A DNA stretch of 64,000 nt. It comes from Bdellovibrionota bacterium. GTDB lineage: Bacteria; Bdellovibrionota_C; UBA2361; JAAYZI01. The stretch is taken from the NCBI GenBank assembly GCA_050950765.1, contig JBMNIF010000003.1:288001-352000 (forward strand), in the 5' to 3' direction. Shown in pieces: positions 63,245-64,000 of this stretch. The number at the start of each line of letters is the position of its first letter. Positions within the stretch are counted from its first letter, which is position 1. Position numbers and translations under genes: made by a program. The notes under the pieces were generated by a model that did no database searches, had not been told where the DNA came from, and saw nothing but the letters and a program-made list of their open reading frames with translations.

Positions 63245-64000
63245 TTACTTTGATAAAATACCGTATTCGCCCTTAATGGCTGCTTGAGCAGCGGCAAGAC
63301 GAGCGATCGGAACACGATACGGACTGCAAGAAACGTAGTTCAAACCAACCATATGGCAGAACTCTACGCTGCTTGGATCTCCACCGTGCTCTCCGCAGAT
63401 TCCGAGTTTGATATCAGATCTGGCGGAACGACCTTTCTTGGTGGCGATCTTCATCAACTCACCAACACCTTCTCTATCAATAACTTGGAACGGATCATAC
63501 TCGTAAATACCAAGTTCAACATAATGAGCGAGGAATTTACCAGCATCGTCACGGCTAAATCCGCAACCCATCTGCGTCAGATCGTTTGTACCAAAGCTAA
63601 AGAACTCAGCTTCTTTAGCGATCTGATCTGCTGTAATAGCACCACGTGGTACCTCAATCATTGTTCCGATCTTGAGATAATCAAGAGCTTTGCCTTTTTC
63701 AGCCTTAACCTGCTCGTAAACATCCAAGCAGATCTTCTTCTGATTGATAAACTCTTTCACATCTCCAACAAGTGGGATCATGATTTCAGGTTTTGAGCCT
63801 GGTACTTCATAAGCAGCTTCAATCACGGCACGTGCTTGCGTTTCTGTAATCTCAGGATAGTAAATCCCTAAACGACAACCACGATGACCTAACATCGGAT
63901 TGAACTCATGCAGAGAATCCACAAGCTCCTTGACGTGCTTCACTGAAGTTCCCATAGCTTTTGCCATCTCTTCCTGTCCGGCTTGATCGTGCGGCACAAA
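63245..64000 (-). CDS. ppdK: pyruvate, phosphate dikinase (C-terminal part; runs off the window)
   Basis: [51 protein letters not shown]. Confidence 0.95.
   Translation of the reverse strand, partial: FVPHDQAGQEEMAKAMGTSVKHVKELVDSLHEFNPMLGHRGCRLGIYYPEITETQARAVIEAAYEVPGSKPEIMIPLVGDVKEFINQKKICLDVYEQVKAEKGKALDYLKIGTMIEVPRGAITADQIAKEAEFFSFGTNDLTQMGCGFSRDDAGKFLAHYVELGIYEYDPFQVIDREGVGELMKIATKKGRSARSDIKLGICGEHGGDPSSVEFCHMVGLNYVSCSPYRVPIARLAAAQAAIKGEYGILSK

Noticed and set aside
460..63796. Numerous short antisense or out-of-frame ORFs in the track (e.g. 20208-20708, 55142-55597, 63284-63796)
   Set aside because: They overlap well-supported genes and show no recognisable motifs

Overview
Bacterial chromosome segment; the gene content tentatively suggests a deltaproteobacterium/Bdellovibrionota-like organism, but this was not tested. 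The left part (1-22.7 kb) is mostly housekeeping: an FHA protein, hpt, osmC-like, purC, def-fmt-rpe, cmk-rpsA, a sulfatase, an RcnA-like transporter and rnfBCDGEA. It is interrupted by a 1.2-kb modular non-coding repeat array (9.45-10.68 kb). tRNA-His(GTG) is followed by a ~13.9-kb tyrosine-integrase element carrying a repressor/Xis/Int module, an HUH Rep-like gene, a type I R-M system and an RloC-like anticodon nuclease, with recognisable att-like ends. A wider defence/accessory tract follows: LOG, a truncated MTase, a second AT-rich type I R-M system with an M48 peptidase, a 1104-aa membrane protein, a kinase + ParB-N pair with a triplicated 3' end, and an MqsR / MqsA-DUF4065 TA pair. At 54.8-58.4 kb is a four-copy mosaic array of pseudopilin-like membrane genes whose N-termini appear to derive from a CopG/BrnA-like antitoxin. 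The right end holds bactofilin, a PBP transpeptidase, cysS, a methyltransferase and partial ppdK. All calls come from motifs read by eye; no searches were run.
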